64,000 bases of DNA from positions 620,001 through 684,000 of the forward strand of contig NC_089429.1 in assembly GCF_026210795.1 (NCBI RefSeq), in the 5' to 3' direction. Position 1 is the first letter of the stretch. Each line of letters begins with the position of its first letter. Shown here one piece after another: positions 12,985 through 26,812 of the stretch. The position numbers were made by a program, and so were the translations under genes. This stretch comes from Rhizophagus irregularis. Its lineage: Eukaryota. A model generated the notes under the pieces. The model was not told where the DNA came from. It did not search any database and saw nothing but the letters and a program-made list of their open reading frames with translations.

Positions 12985-15267
12985 TTAAAACTCATCTATA
13001 AATAAATAGGTTAGTAAATAAATGTATTAGTTTAGTTATTTTAATATACTATTAAAAATACTAGATAATAACAAACCATCAGGAATTTCTGATTTATCTT
13101 GCTCTGAATGAAGACTATTTTGTGCTTCGTCTGTAAAAGTAAAATGAATTAGAGTAATAATACTTATCACAATTAATAAATAATTTTATTTTACCTACCA
13201 TTAGTACCAATATTTGATCGTCGCATAAATTCTCTCTCATAGTCATTTTGAACATCTACTACTATCAATAAATCACTTTTATTACATATTCATCAATAAT
13301 GTTATAAGAAACTTAAGAATTGATATGCAAATAAATATTTTAGGGCTTACCATTCTCTATTTTTAATCTTTTGGATAATCTGGGTGATTCTTTACTATCA
13401 TTATCTAAAATTAAGATATACAGTAAATTAGTATTTATTTATTATAAAACACTAATAAGTATATATTACCTTTAGAACTTATTGATGTATATTGTTTACT
13501 CGATTTACTAAGATTACTAGCTATAATAAAATGAATATTTAATATTTTATTGTATAAAATTCAATATAATTTTAATAAATACTTACTATTAATAGAAATA
13601 CTGAAATCATATGATCTGCTGATATAAAATGCTATTTTAAACAAAGAAAAGATTATCTTAATATTTTTTTAATTAAAGGAATTACTAAAACATTATTGAT
13701 TTTATATTACCTTTTTGTTCTTCTATTGTTATTTATAAAAAAAAAGATATTATTAATAATAACTGAATATTAAAAAAAGATTAAATTAATAAAAATATGA
13801 AATAATTATACCTTCTGTTGCATTTTTTGGTTTAGGTAGATTTTCAAAGTTGTGTATTTTACTTGTAAATGATTTACTATTCATGTTAATTTTTTCTTTA
13901 TCTACTTTTGCTATTAATTGAGGTAATTCGTTTGGATTATTTTGATAATATGTTTTAATTTCTCTGATTTTTTCCAAAAGTACACGAGTTTCAGGTCTTT
14001 TTAATGGATTAGCATCCCAACATTGTTCCATTAAACTTTTATATTTTGAAGGAATTTCTGATACAATTTTTGGTCTTATACCATCAATGATATTAATTGC
14101 AAGAATATAATCATGTTCATAATTCATGAATGGAGGTTGTCCAAATGAAATTTCCCACATAAGCATTGCAATACTATAAATATCAGATTTAAAAGTATAG
14201 CCCTTTCCATTAATAACTTCAGGAGCTATGTAAGGAAGATTTCCATAAATGCTTGTTGATGGTTTATCTGCAGGACCACAAAATCCAAGATTACTAATAC
14301 TCCAATTATCGTTCTGTAAATATAAGATATTTCCAGAATGCAAATCTCTATGAATTGAATTCTCTTCATGAATGTAATAAAGTGCATCAATTATTAAAAA
14401 AGTAATATTAATTCTTTCTTTCCATGTAAGTCGATTATGATTTTGTTGTAAATATTCTCTTAAATTCATGTCATATTTATTCATTACAAGCATATAATTT
14501 CCATTTGATGGATTTTGTGTTATACCATAACATTCAACAATTATTGTATGTTTGTTGCATATAGTAAAATGTGATTTAACCTATGAAAAGCAGTAAATTT
14601 TATTTATAATTAAATTTAAATTTAAGTTCTTTTAAATATTTTTTAAGTTACAAACCTCTTCAAACCAACTTTGACTTGCATTTTCAACATTTTCTAATTC
14701 TTTAAGTATTACTCTACCTGCAAGATTTTTTAATCCATATCTTTTCATTCTTTCTAATTGTTGTGTTTTAGAATCCCATTCTTCATAGTTCCCACCAATC
14801 CAATGTGCTGTATAAATTTTAGAAAATCCACCTTTTGTTAGATATTTGATATTTTCTAAATTATTGTATGGGATCCATTCAATAACTGTATTTGGCATAA
14901 ATGTTTCCATTTGACAACTTTTTATTAAATTATCAATATTATTATTTCCAGATGTCCAATTTGAAAAGTTTGTTTTTAAATAATTTTGAACACAATATTC
15001 ACAATATAATGTAGCTAAACATTTCTGGTTACAATTTTCACAAATTCTTCTTGTTCCTGAATTATAAATAATTTTATCTCGGTCATAATTTTTATTATTT
15101 AATCTTATTGCTTCAGTTTTTTCTTCTTCTGTAAGAGAATCATCAACAAGAATAAATTGTTCGCAAAACTCATTTTGTTCGTGGAAGCCATTGTAAATAT
15201 TATAATCAATTGATATAAATGCTCTACTAAGTGCCGCTTCTATTAATTCTCTTCGAATATTAGACAT
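12985..15267 (-). CDS. Tyrosine-kinase-like protein kinase K1, 9 exons; DFG-equivalent Asp replaced by Asn (probable pseudokinase)
   Basis: ATG 15267. Exon 1 has the CENC..C..CEYC zinc-ribbon-like motif, TKGGFSKIY and VILKEL. Exon 2 has HRDLHSGN, ISNLGF, GNLPYIAPE and SDIYS. A 12-nt micro-exon (13711-13722) and six short 3' exons follow, ending TAA 12987-12985, all GT..AG and in frame. Confidence 0.88.
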
Positions 15268-17074
15268 TTTTGTAAAGAAAAAAATATTTTTAATAGTGCA
15301 AAAAAAAAAATAAAGTTTCCATAGACGGTTAAACAAATAAGTGGTGCAACCACAAAAATTTTAATATTGTCTACTGATCTACCTGTCATGTGTTGCATTG
15401 TAAAAAGACAATGATCATCTGATCATAATCACACAAATTATATCAGACAAACAATAAAATGTTGCCAGCAAACTTGGAATCGGATCTTTTGTTATTATTA
15501 TTATTTTATTTGTGCCTATATGACGTAAAAACTACAAAGGTACAAATGACGTTAAAGGTCAGGATTTTGTAGACTAGAATTATTTCCTGCAAATTTAATT
15601 TTAAAGTTGTTTTTGGAAAAAAACCAGTTTTATCAAATCATCATGAACTCAAAGAAAATAAATCACCTTTAAATTCATAGTAAAATAAAATTTCAATTTC
15701 CATATTTGTTCTATGTTATCAATAAATTTCAATGATAATAAAAAAATATTTTTTCTTAGATGTTAATTGATTAACTTTCTTTCTTTCTTTTTAATTATTT
15801 AAATTAATTAATTAATATTTTATTTTAGTTATTACTTTGGATATTTTTTATTACTATCGATATTTAATGAGCCAAATTTTGAAGTTTTGAATGAAAAGGC
15901 GAAAATCAAAAATTTAACTTTGATGGTAAAGATTTATTCGCATAAAATTTCCATAGGGTTTTGATATTATAAAAAAGACATATTTTTCAGGCAAATTTTA
16001 TTGCCTTTTTCGTGACATAATGAGCTTATAAAAATTAAAGGTCAACCATGTTTTAGATAATCTCACATCTCTTCCGTAAAAAAATTTTTTTTTTTATATA
16101 GAAAAAAAAACTATTATATTTTGAAACTATAATTACTAAATATTTAAGAGTACAAGACAATACATACAAGATATTACATATCCGTTTAATGGTGCATATC
16201 TGGATACCCTTATTGACGACTGTCTATATTTATTTATTTGATGAGCGACCTTAAATTCCTGTTTATCACTTTCTTTTCACTTTTTAATGGAGGAAAAGTC
16301 ATTTAATAGAACTTCCTAAGAATTTAGGTCACAAGAAAATTATACCAACCATTTAAATAAAATTCTTGAAAAATCTGATGATTCCAAATTTTTTGTAAAT
16401 TTTCTGAAATACCGAGCAAATATAAAACAATAGATTTATTATTAGCAAAGAACAATAACATTTTTGAAATAATTATATTATATAGAAAAAAAGAAGTTGG
16501 CTGATAATAAAAGTGAGATTAATATGATAAAGTTGGAGGTAAAAATTTTATTTGTTCATTGATAATATTCTAATGCTATTTTTTTTTTATTTGATTTAGT
16601 AATTAAAGTACTAGGATTCAATACAATTTCATTATATTATTTACATTATTCTTCTTTCATTATCAGCAAATAGTTAAAAGACTCTTCATACTATAAAGAG
16701 TTGTTTGAAACAACGACGCTTGATAAATGAAACATTGTATTATGTTAAAACCAAGAACAGAAATGAAAGCGTCTTTTGTTGTATGGTCAATCTTGAATTA
16801 CCTTAATGATTTAAAAGAACTGAAGCACATTTTAGAAAAATGATTAGGACACAAGTTTTTGTTGGTCCAGCTATTACGTTAATATACTGGAATATTACTT
16901 ATCGCTTTCGATATCCACTAGTTGCGTCTCCATATATGGTTATTTTTTCATGAGTATCGAAAAAGTATTTATTAATTTTGCTTCTTTTCCTAACGAGACA
17001 AAGGGAATTTGGTAACTAATTAGTATCATATTATATGATTTCGTAACGAATTTATGTTACCCATTTTATTATCT

Positions 17075-17232
17075 TCAGACGGCGGATGGGCCAAAAGTAC
17101 TCCATCATTCCCTTTCAAACAAAAAGAAATTATATTAATAATTAGTAAGCGATATTAGTGAACATACTATTCATACTTATTCATCCTAAACCGATTTTTG
17201 ATGCTAGTTTTGGCCCAAGTTCACGAAACAAA
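17075..17232 (-). pseudogene. 5' fragment (exons 1-2) of an aldo-keto reductase copy
   Basis: ccaaaagtact...cattccctttcaaacaaaaagaaatt...catcctaaaccgatt...ccaagttcacgaa matches 44660-44830 of the intact AKR copy D. Confidence 0.7.
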
Positions 17233-17633
17233 ATTTTTTAATCTGAAGTTTGTAGAAATATTTCGTTTTTTTTTTTTTGAAAAATAGAAACTGTTTAAAA
17301 TAACTAACTCTGATCGAAATTAGGATAACCATTTTTATCCGTTTTAAAACCCTTAACTGGAAACAATTTTACTTTGATTTATACCCTGTATGATTAATTA
17401 AGTTTATACAAAAATGAAATATGTCTTCATAATTTTTCATATATTTTCGCAACATCAGTTATCACATAAAGGTAATATAAGAAAATCTTCACAATAATAT
17501 TTTTGAATTTATTGAATTTTATTTAATTTATTAGATACAATAAATTTATCGTTATCTGTTTATAATTTCAGTTTGATTGGCAAAGTAACAAACACGTCGA
17601 TAAAATAAGTTATAATAATTGAGGATGACTTTT

Positions 17634-19199
17634 TTACAAACCCAACATCTAACGCATAATATTTTTTTGTATAAGGAAAATATTAATTCGTTGCAAATTA
17701 ATAAAAAAGGGCAAATATATATATATATCAAATAATTATGATTTCCTACCTTCATATAATCATCATTATATCTATTACCAATAATTTCAATAGAATTAAT
17801 AATTTTCCTAATTTCAGATAATTCTTCAGCAGAACTAAGATTAACTTTTACTGCTTCAACATTTTCTTCTAAATGTTTAATTTTTCCTGTGCTAGCAATA
17901 ACAACCATATTATCTCCCTGTAAAAAATTAAATAATGTATTTTTATATTTTAAAAAAATGTTATGATATTAAAATGTAATAAATTAAATAAGGTTAATAA
18001 ATATACTTGAGCTAGAACCCATGCTAAACAAAGCTGACCCGAAGTTACACCTTCCTTTTCCGCAAACTCATTAAATTTATGTACAATTTCCAAATTTTTA
18101 TTGAAATTTTCACCTTGAAAACGTGGAATCAATCTTCTAAACTCATAATCATCTGATTCAAAATCATCGATAGACTTATAATTTCCCTAAAAAAAAAATG
18201 TACATATATTTATAAATCGCTACGTTTTCATAAAATACAAGGACAATTTAAAAAAATGATAAATACTGTTAAAAATCCGAGTCCAAGTGGACTATAAGCT
18301 ACTATGGTGACACCTAATTCACGACAAGCTTCCATAATTCCATTTGTTTCAATATCAAGAGTCCAAGGACTATATTCAAACTTAAAAAAATAATTTTAAT
18401 ACAGATCGAAAATGGTTATTAGTTTACGTTGAATGTTAAAAATAATGATATTATAAAAATTGATCTATTTACTTGAACTGCAGCAATAGGATGAACTTTA
18501 TAAGCACGTCGAAGAGTTTCTGGGAACATTCAGAAAGACCAATATATTTAATTTTTCCTTTTCTAACAGGTTCTGCTAGAGCGCCAATAGTATCTTTAAT
18601 GGGTCTACAAAAATCATAAATTAATAGTTTTATTATTATTACAGTTCTTGATAATAATACTAAATAATTTTTTTACACGATGTTGATAATAAAGATCGAT
18701 ATAATCCACTCCTAATCTTTTTAAAGAGTTTTCACAAGCTTGATGGACGTATTCTGGTGTACCTGATATACCTTTAAATTCACCATTTGGTTCTATAACA
18801 ATGCCAAATTTTGAACAAAGAAACACTTCATTACGACGATCTTTAAGAACTTTTGAAAGGAGAATTTCATTGTCTCCATAAATATTATCCTTTATATTTT
18901 AAAAAAAAATTAAAAAAAAATTTAATATATCATTTTCGTTATTTTAAACTAAATTATTAAAAAGTTTAAATACAAACAGCAGTATCCCAAAAGGTACATC
19001 CTAAATCAATTGCTCGATTCAATATTTTAATTTTTTTTCTTGTTCATCGACTGAGTTGTAAGTATATGTGCCCTATAATATAAAAGTTGTTATTAAAAGA
19101 TATAATTAATGACGTCAATATCACGATACCAATTGGTGAACACACCAAGCCTACTGCGGGAATTTTTACACCATTTTTATTAAGTTCACAAAGTGACAT
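17634..19199 (-). pseudogene. Aldo-keto reductase pseudogene (copy B), nearly full length
   Basis: All 8 exons are present. Defects: GCM deleted at the end of exon 1, +1 in an A-run of exon 2 (~19031), DPNT lost at the end of exon 3, and -1 at ECSAE (~18522). Confidence 0.82.
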
Positions 19200-20275
19200 T
19201 TTTTAAAAAATAATAAAAAATAAATTTTTTTTAAAGTAAAATCGATAACTCCAAGCGCTTTTATTTAATTTAATGATACATAACCGCCAAAATTCCAAGT
19301 TTTAAAGTTGCAAACATCATCAATTAAAATTAAACCCTGACGTTTATTTACGTATTTGCTGCGGATTGATGTGGAAAAAAATTAACTACTGAAAGTAAGT
19401 AAAAAATATTTTACTCGATAACTCGATAAGTATATTTATTAAATTTGAGAATCTAACCCAATCAAGTTAGTAATACTGTAAAGGCAATTGGTTACCCATT
19501 AAGTCTGATTATTCTGCAAATCAAATGTTACTACGGTAAATGAGAAATTTTAGTTGCTATACCTTGCTTTATTTAGAGTAATTACTTTGAATAAATCTTT
19601 ACTTTTTATTTATCGTAATTAGTTGGAAAGAATATTCCAGATAACATTAAACTAACAGGATTAGTTCAAAGTAAATAAGTTCTTTACGTTGCCACACTTT
19701 TTTATTACTCGGATTGTAACGCAAGATTTAGTTTACGTAGATCGTTTAATACCGATGATTTCTTATTAAAAAAAATCAGTAATGTTAAAAAGTCTACTGA
19801 GTACTGACTTAAAATTTATCTAAAATAAAAATAAAAAATCCAAATTTAACATGCAAGAATTTAAAATTTAATAATTTAGTTAACCGTAAATAATTTTTTT
19901 TTAAAAAAAAGAAAAATATCTTTATCGTATCTAAACTTTAAAAGCACATGTATTTCACAGAAGTTAAAAACTATGGCGAGAATAATTTTGAAATTAACTG
20001 CAAACAAAAATTACTAGGATTAAGTAAAGATATTTTAGGTTGTTGAGTTTTAACTTAACCAAAAATACTCAAGATAAACTTGTTCGCAGTTATTAAATTC
20101 AAACTTCAAAGTTGTATATGAACCTTAAAAAGTTTGATATTTGTTAGTGATTTTGTATACAGAAGTTCGTGTATTTCTAACTTGCGTTGACATTTTCTAC
20201 TCATTTGCTTAAAGGACCGTTCAGAGGAGTTTGCTTATAGGAAGACCAAAGCAATATTAAGTATTTATATTTATC

Positions 20276-20462
20276 TCACGGTTTCTAGTTAAATTCGTGA
20301 TTTTTTTTCACGGGTAGTGTTTATTTAAAAAGATGGTTTATCAATATTGGAATAAAGAGTCGCTTATGATACGGATACCGTGATACAAATCAGTTATTTC
20401 ACGGGGTCACTATGGAATAATCATGATTTTCAGGCTGCGCCGTGAAAATCAGTTCCCCGTGA
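20276..20462. mobile_element. Small MITE-like insertion with tcacgg/ccgtga ends and internal cacgg subrepeats
   Basis: Absent from the paralogous segment (~8790-8840), where aagtatttata and ttgcgtaccg are nearly adjacent. Confidence 0.55.
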
Positions 20463-22628
20463 CCTTATTATTGCATACCGTATAATATTTTAATTCTAAC
20501 TTTGCGTATTTATGTTTAAAATGTATAATGTCGAAATTTAAAATAATTCTTAATAACAAAACCAAAAAATTTTTCCACTCGGATCAGCTTTTTTTTTTAT
20601 TGGTTACAATGAATTCTTTCATTAAATCTCTTTAAAATGAAAATTTATACTATATCCACGGAATTATCAAAATTAATATTTGAAGAATATATCAGAATTC
20701 TTAACTTACTGATAGAAATTCGGATTGGAAAATGATTAAACTCTAAAGTTTTCGTTTATAAATCTGTTTAACTTTTTTGAGTTAAAATAATTTTAAAAGA
20801 ACGTTTCCATATTTTCAAGATTAAATTACGATAAAAATTAAGAAATAATGCATAAGTTCATGAATTTATAAATAAGAAATTAATCAGCATTTCTTAGATT
20901 GAATAATAACAGGTATTTAGTAAAAGTCAATTAATATTAGTTCTTTTTTTTTTTTGGAAACATAATTATTAATGTTATCACTATTCCTGAGGAAAGGTTG
21001 AAGATGCAGGACTGCAGGTAGTACAGTAATAATCATATTATTATTTACATAATTCGTATAATCATCGAATAATTGGAATTAATATACTATAATAACATAA
21101 ATTCAATAATAAAATTATAATAACTAGATCACATTTAAGTAATATTAAATCGGTAAATTGAATTAATATACAACTTTTGGTTCGTATATAAATGTTTTGA
21201 AATACAGAAAGATTTATATGGAAATTGAACCAATGAAATTTTTTTTTTCAAAAGTTCTTATTGCGGGTGGTTGATTCATTGTAGCGCCAAAAAAAAGAGT
21301 CACACGATAATTGATCAAATCAAAATGGCGTTATTTATTATATATAAAACAATATTAATTATTTGTATATATTTATTCAAATATTTCGAATAAAAAAAAA
21401 AACTTGTTTTTAGTAAAAAGAGTATATACAATATGTAAAGAGTCCATTTATTAGAATAAAATGGTTTATTAAAAAAAAGAAAAAAATTGGGATCGGCGTG
21501 GCTTGGAAATTTTGTCAAATAATCGGTCGTCACGGCAACAAATTTCTCGGACTAAATGATATCGCCAATGTTACGAAAATTTCAAAAAAGATTGGAAACA
21601 GATTTATCGACGTTACGTAAACTAACGCGTAATTGTAAATTTGCATTTTTACAGACCTATTTAGGCATATTAGCGGAACTTGCAATTACTATGAATGTTT
21701 TACTAGAAACAACCTATTGCTGCGGTCAAGAAATATAATTTTTATTGTATTGATATTTCCCCAGACTCATGGAATTATGGAAAACTCGTCTTGAATTAGT
21801 CGTCACTATAGAAGTATACTAGGATCATATACTTTATGTATAGACATACAATTAAAGAGCAATTCCACGGTTTAAAATAAAATTCCTATTGAAAATTGGA
21901 CAAATCCATGAAGAAAGACGTAATCTTTGTTTATTTGGGTTATATCTTAGGAATAACATAATTTTTTATAATTGTATTTTGTAATAATTAGATGAAAATC
22001 TTGGATAAATAAATGTTCATTGTTCATCTTGCTTTAGATGTATTAAGAAATTAAAAGTACTAATTATTTGGCGTGTATTCTAAAACAAAATACGATTTTT
22101 TATTGAATATGATAATTATTACACGGCCACCATTCATGTATATGTTGTACCAATATTTTTTTTTTATTTTTTTTTTACGGCAAAGAGACTTCAAATTGAA
22201 GCCGCACGTTGTCAATATGATGGTCCGTATAATAATATTATTGTACGGGCGCTTAATAATGATCTGATGTAGCGCGAAGCAAGCACGCTCGTACAATAAC
22301 ATATTGGATTTCTTATTAAAAATTTTAATTAAATACAATGTACATATGAAGCTTTAAGTTTATAATTTTTCCATGATTCAATTGATTCATGAAATTGATG
22401 TACAGTAAATGATCCATACTCGCAAAATTCCAAATATTTTTAAATTTTAAAGTTCTAAACTCGATAATTAAAATCGTAATATAAAATGAATGTAAAAAAA
22501 ATTTTTTTATTTATACTAAATAAATTTATATGAAAGATATATATTTATTTAAAGGTGAACGTAAATATCACGACTATTCAATGAAAATTTATTTAATATA
22601 GTCCACTTATAATTGGAATGATTTTTTT

Positions 22629-24157
22629 TTATTTATCCGTAAACTGTTTTTTTTTTAGACAAAGGTTGTTAATATTATATAAAAAATAGGGTTAAACATA
22701 TTACCTAGTTAATTTTTATTTCCTTACCTTCGCAATATTTTCATCGTATCTTTCACCAGCGATTTCAATAGAATCAATAATTTTCCTAATTTCTGATAAT
22801 TCCTCAGGACTAAGGTGAATATTTCTTGCTTCAAAATTTTCTTCCAAATATTTCAATCTTTTTGTACCAGGAATAGTAACAAAGTTCTCACCCTATATAA
22901 TATATATATATAAAAAAAAATATTATCATATATATATATAATATAATATTTTAAAATATAAGTAAGTATATTTACCTGACCGATAACCCAAGCTAAACAT
23001 AGTTGACCTGTAGTTATTCCTTTCTTACTCGCAAATTCATTGAATTTTTGTACAAGTTCCAAATTTTTATTGAAATTTTCACCTTGAAAACGTGGAACTG
23101 TTCTTCTAAAATCATTTGGTTCAAAATCATCAATAGATTTAAATTTTCCCTAAAAGTAATTTTATTGAAGTCAAAATATATTTTTTTTTTTCATATTAAG
23201 ATATAACCCATGGGATAATTACTGTTAGAAAGCCGCGCCCTAGTGGACTATAAGCTACCATAGTGACACCTAATTCACGACAAGCTTCCAGAACTCCATT
23301 TTTTTCAATATCAAGAGTCCAAGGACTATATTCCGTCTTAAAAAAATGATGTTTTATAACTTAGTATTTAAGTAATATGTCGATAATTTAATAAATAATT
23401 ACCTGAACTGCGGCAATTGGATGAACTTTATAAGCGCGTCGAAGAGTTTCGGCGGAACATTCAGAAAGACCAATATATTTAACTTTTCCTTCTTTAACAA
23501 GTTCTGCTAAAGCGCCGACAGTGTCTTCAATGGGTCTGTAAAAAAGTAAATTTTAACAATTTTAGGTAAGATTAAAGAATTTCTTTAACTTACGTATTAG
23601 GATCCACACGATGTTGATAATAAAGATCGATATAATCTATTCCCAATCTTTTTAAAGAATTTTCACAAGCTTGACGAACATATTCAGGTTTACCTGATAC
23701 CTTAATTTCGCCATTTTCTTGTAAGAATGCAAACTTTGTACAAAGAAATACTTCATTACGATGTTCTTTAAGAACTTTTGAAAGAAGGATTTCATTGTCT
23801 CCTAATCCATACATATCCTTTACATTTCAAAATTTAAAAAAAAAAATGCGATACTCCGTTTAAATTAATATTAAAATCTTGAATTTATTAGAAGAGTTTA
23901 AATACAAACAGCAGTATCCCAAAAGGTACATCCTAGTTCAATTGCTCGATTTAATATTTTAATATTTTCCTGTTCATCAGCTGCCCCGTAAAGACTACTC
24001 ATGTTCTGCCAAAAAAGAAAATTATATTAAAATCACGTGATAAAACAAGTAATTATGAACTATGAAATAAGTATGAGATACACACCATGCATCCTAAACC
24101 GATTGCAGGGATTTTCACCCCAGTTTTACCAAGTTCACGAAGAGAAGGCAAAGACAT
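22629..24157 (-). CDS. Aldo-keto reductase (YakC/AKR13-like), intact copy C, 8 exons
   Basis: ATG 24157 [24 protein letters not shown]. Catalytic tetrad residues present in WDTAD(D), MYG(Y), CTKF(K), YYQHR(H). Also [28 protein letters not shown]. Ends FTDK* at 22629. All junctions GT..AG and in frame. Confidence 0.92.
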
Positions 24158-24897
24158 TTTTTCAAAAAAAAAAAAATAAAAATAAAAATAAATTTCTTTA
24201 AAAATCAATAATTCTTGGCGCTTTTATTTAATTTTAATAACAGATAACCGATAAAAACTTTTCCCATACCAACTTTAATTTGGAAAATCCAATTTATGCA
24301 TCGGTACCCAACTTTTTAATATATAGTTAATAACTATGCCGATTAAATTTATTTGCTGCAGATTGATGTATTAAATATTTTTCTCCCTAAGGTTAATTAA
24401 TTTTTTGTCGCACAAAATCTAAATGATATCAACACATGAAAATGTTCTAAAAATATTCTGCGTTAAAAGAAAAATTTGCTTTGCCCATTTCCAAAAGAAT
24501 CTTTTAATTTATTTTCTTTTTGTAAATGAATGATTAATAATGATGACAATAACAAATAAACTTTTTAACTTTTTTTTTTAGATTTAACCTTTTTTGGTTC
24601 TATTTCACTATATTCATTATATTTTTATATTTATTTAAATGATTTTGATAATGAATCTCCTTTCGAAGGTATATCTTGTTTACTATTATTAAATTGGATT
24701 AAATTTGTGAATCCAACCCAAAAAAGTTAGAGTTATAATTTGTATGTGTGTAATATGATAAACACGGGTAATCGTTGTTCCCATGAATATTATTATGTAA
24801 TTTTTGGTTATTATAGTCTCCACCGGATATAACGAACCCCTCGGCCCTCGGTATAGTGAATTCGGTATATAATATACCGAACTTGGTTTTTCAACCT

Positions 24898-25022
24898 TGG
24901 TAATTCGGGCCAAATATGTAATTCCGGCCAGAATTATATCCGTGTAACAAAACTAAATCGAGCAATTTCCATAAAGTTATACTTAATTCTAGCCAGTACT
25001 ATAAATCTGGCCCGAATTACTA
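24898..25022. mobile_element. Small inverted-repeat element (MITE relic)
   Basis: gtaattcgggcca (24900-24912) vs tggcccgaattac (25008-25020), with internal attc..gccag subrepeats. Confidence 0.5.
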
Positions 25023-25070
25023 TTTAGTCACGTGACCGTTCGTTATTGATTACATAATGTACAGGACACT

Positions 25071-26812
25071 CGCAAGGCAGATGAACTCCTGTTCGATCAA
25101 CAACAAATTCTTGATTTACACCAATGATATAGATTTACCCAACCATTCATTCCGATCTACATCAAACAAACCAAAATTTAAATTATTTAAATTTCATTTT
25201 AGGGATAGACCTTACGTTCATCTTTTCTCTAAACCGACAATTTTCCAAACAAACTGTAAACAAATATTTCAAAAGATTACGCCAACTGCTACACAAAAAA
25301 TTTTCAGCCATTAAGACTTTCCAGCGACAAAGAAAATAACAAACTAACTAAAACATTTATCCGGTTCAGTTCCGTGATTTACCTAGGGTTTCACCTCAGT
25401 TGTAACCACGAAAAATGCACTCAACCTCTCGCATATAAACATCGATGGCAATGCGGAGAACGCAGTAAATTTGTCAAATTAACCCATCGAGGGAATCCTT
25501 TACCAAGAGGCAAGTGCTTTCACCTACCACAACAACGTTTCCACAAACGACAATTAGAAAGATTAATCAGTTCGGGAGATCACCTTGGGCTTAGCTATAC
25601 AAAAGATACAATGTAAAAAAACAAGGTCAACTCAAACCTGCCTTAAATAAGGTCATGGCAAACTCAGAAACCATCAAAGGAAACGCAATCAAGAAACGCA
25701 TTTATTACAAAGAACATTCCAGATTATGATTTGACGTCGTACGCTTCCATCAACAAATTACCCGATGGAATCGTCTTACACACAGCGTGTTAGAAGTTAA
25801 ACAAGAAACACATACCCACAAAACTAAACCTTTTATTTTACATACTTCATCTTCAAAGGTCTACAATCCTACAGTTTTCAAACAGATCCATCACCTACCT
25901 GAATAATACCTTCTTACAGATAAACACCCGCTTGGTCGATACGACCCACGTCACAACCCAGATTCCAAGAAAGATAAACGACGCGAAAAAAATTGGTTAC
26001 GTAGAATGAAGAAACGTAACAAGAAAAAGAAATCTTTTACCTCCTATACTACCAGGCACCCCTGGCGACCCTCGTATTTACTACCGTGACACCTACAACA
26101 TCAACCTATTTGATTATAAAGTCCGACGTCGTTTCGACGTCAGGAAACTACCTAACTACCAATATGGTTACTATGACGCCCTCAAAATCAGACAACGCTA
26201 TCTACAGAGACAACAAACCATGATCATGGAAGACGTTACACACAAAGCTGACGCCAATGTGCGATATAGCATTAACGATAAGGACCGAGATATTCTCAAC
26301 GCCCCGGACACCTTCTTACGAAGAACTCCTCCTCCGGATAACACAACCATCAGCGATTTATCATACGTCTCAGCTGCAGATTCGCTTGAGACCATCATTT
26401 ACTCAATTTACCCGCCTACTCCGGCGCACGATCAATAACTCCATCAAATAGGAAAAACAACGACGGACCTCTATTATAATATACCATTCTACAGTATACC
26501 TGACAGTATTTACGTATAGTATCGATAGATAAAAGAAAAATACGGATGACTTGATTTAGTTAGAATTCTCTTTTTTTGTTTTGTCTATTTTATTTTGTTC
26601 GCTTTCTTGTTCATTGACCTTCATTACTTTGGTTAGGGTGGTCGGTCCCTCAGGGATCGCCCGCCACGGGCTTCCTTTTGTTCGATCAACCAAGGTGACA
26701 TCGTCACGATAGCGGCGGTTTGGTTCATAGTTTTTGTAAATTACTTTAGGCTCTAGATTAGTGTCCTTGTAATTTGTATTGTGACCTAGTTCACGTTGAA
26801 ATAAATAAAAAA
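25071..26812 (+). mobile_element. 1.74 kb A-tailed retro-insertion with 17-bp TSD; decayed coding content, no recognisable RT
   Basis: ataatgtacaggacact at 25054-25070 and ataatgtacgggacact at 26813-26829 (16/17). A-rich tail gaaataaataaaaaa. Strong A/C strand bias and higher GC than the flanks. Confidence 0.8.

Noticed and set aside
21315..22338. Short ORFs and an inverted repeat ttattgtacgggcg/cgctcgtacaataa
   Set aside because: The ORFs are low-complexity AT-rich translations. The IR is probably a TE relic but has no definable ends.
26610..26730. Self-cleaving ribozyme at the 3' end of the retro-insertion
   Set aside because: Hairpins are present, but the minus-strand ctgaggga does not match the CUGANGA core and no HDV fold could be assembled by eye.
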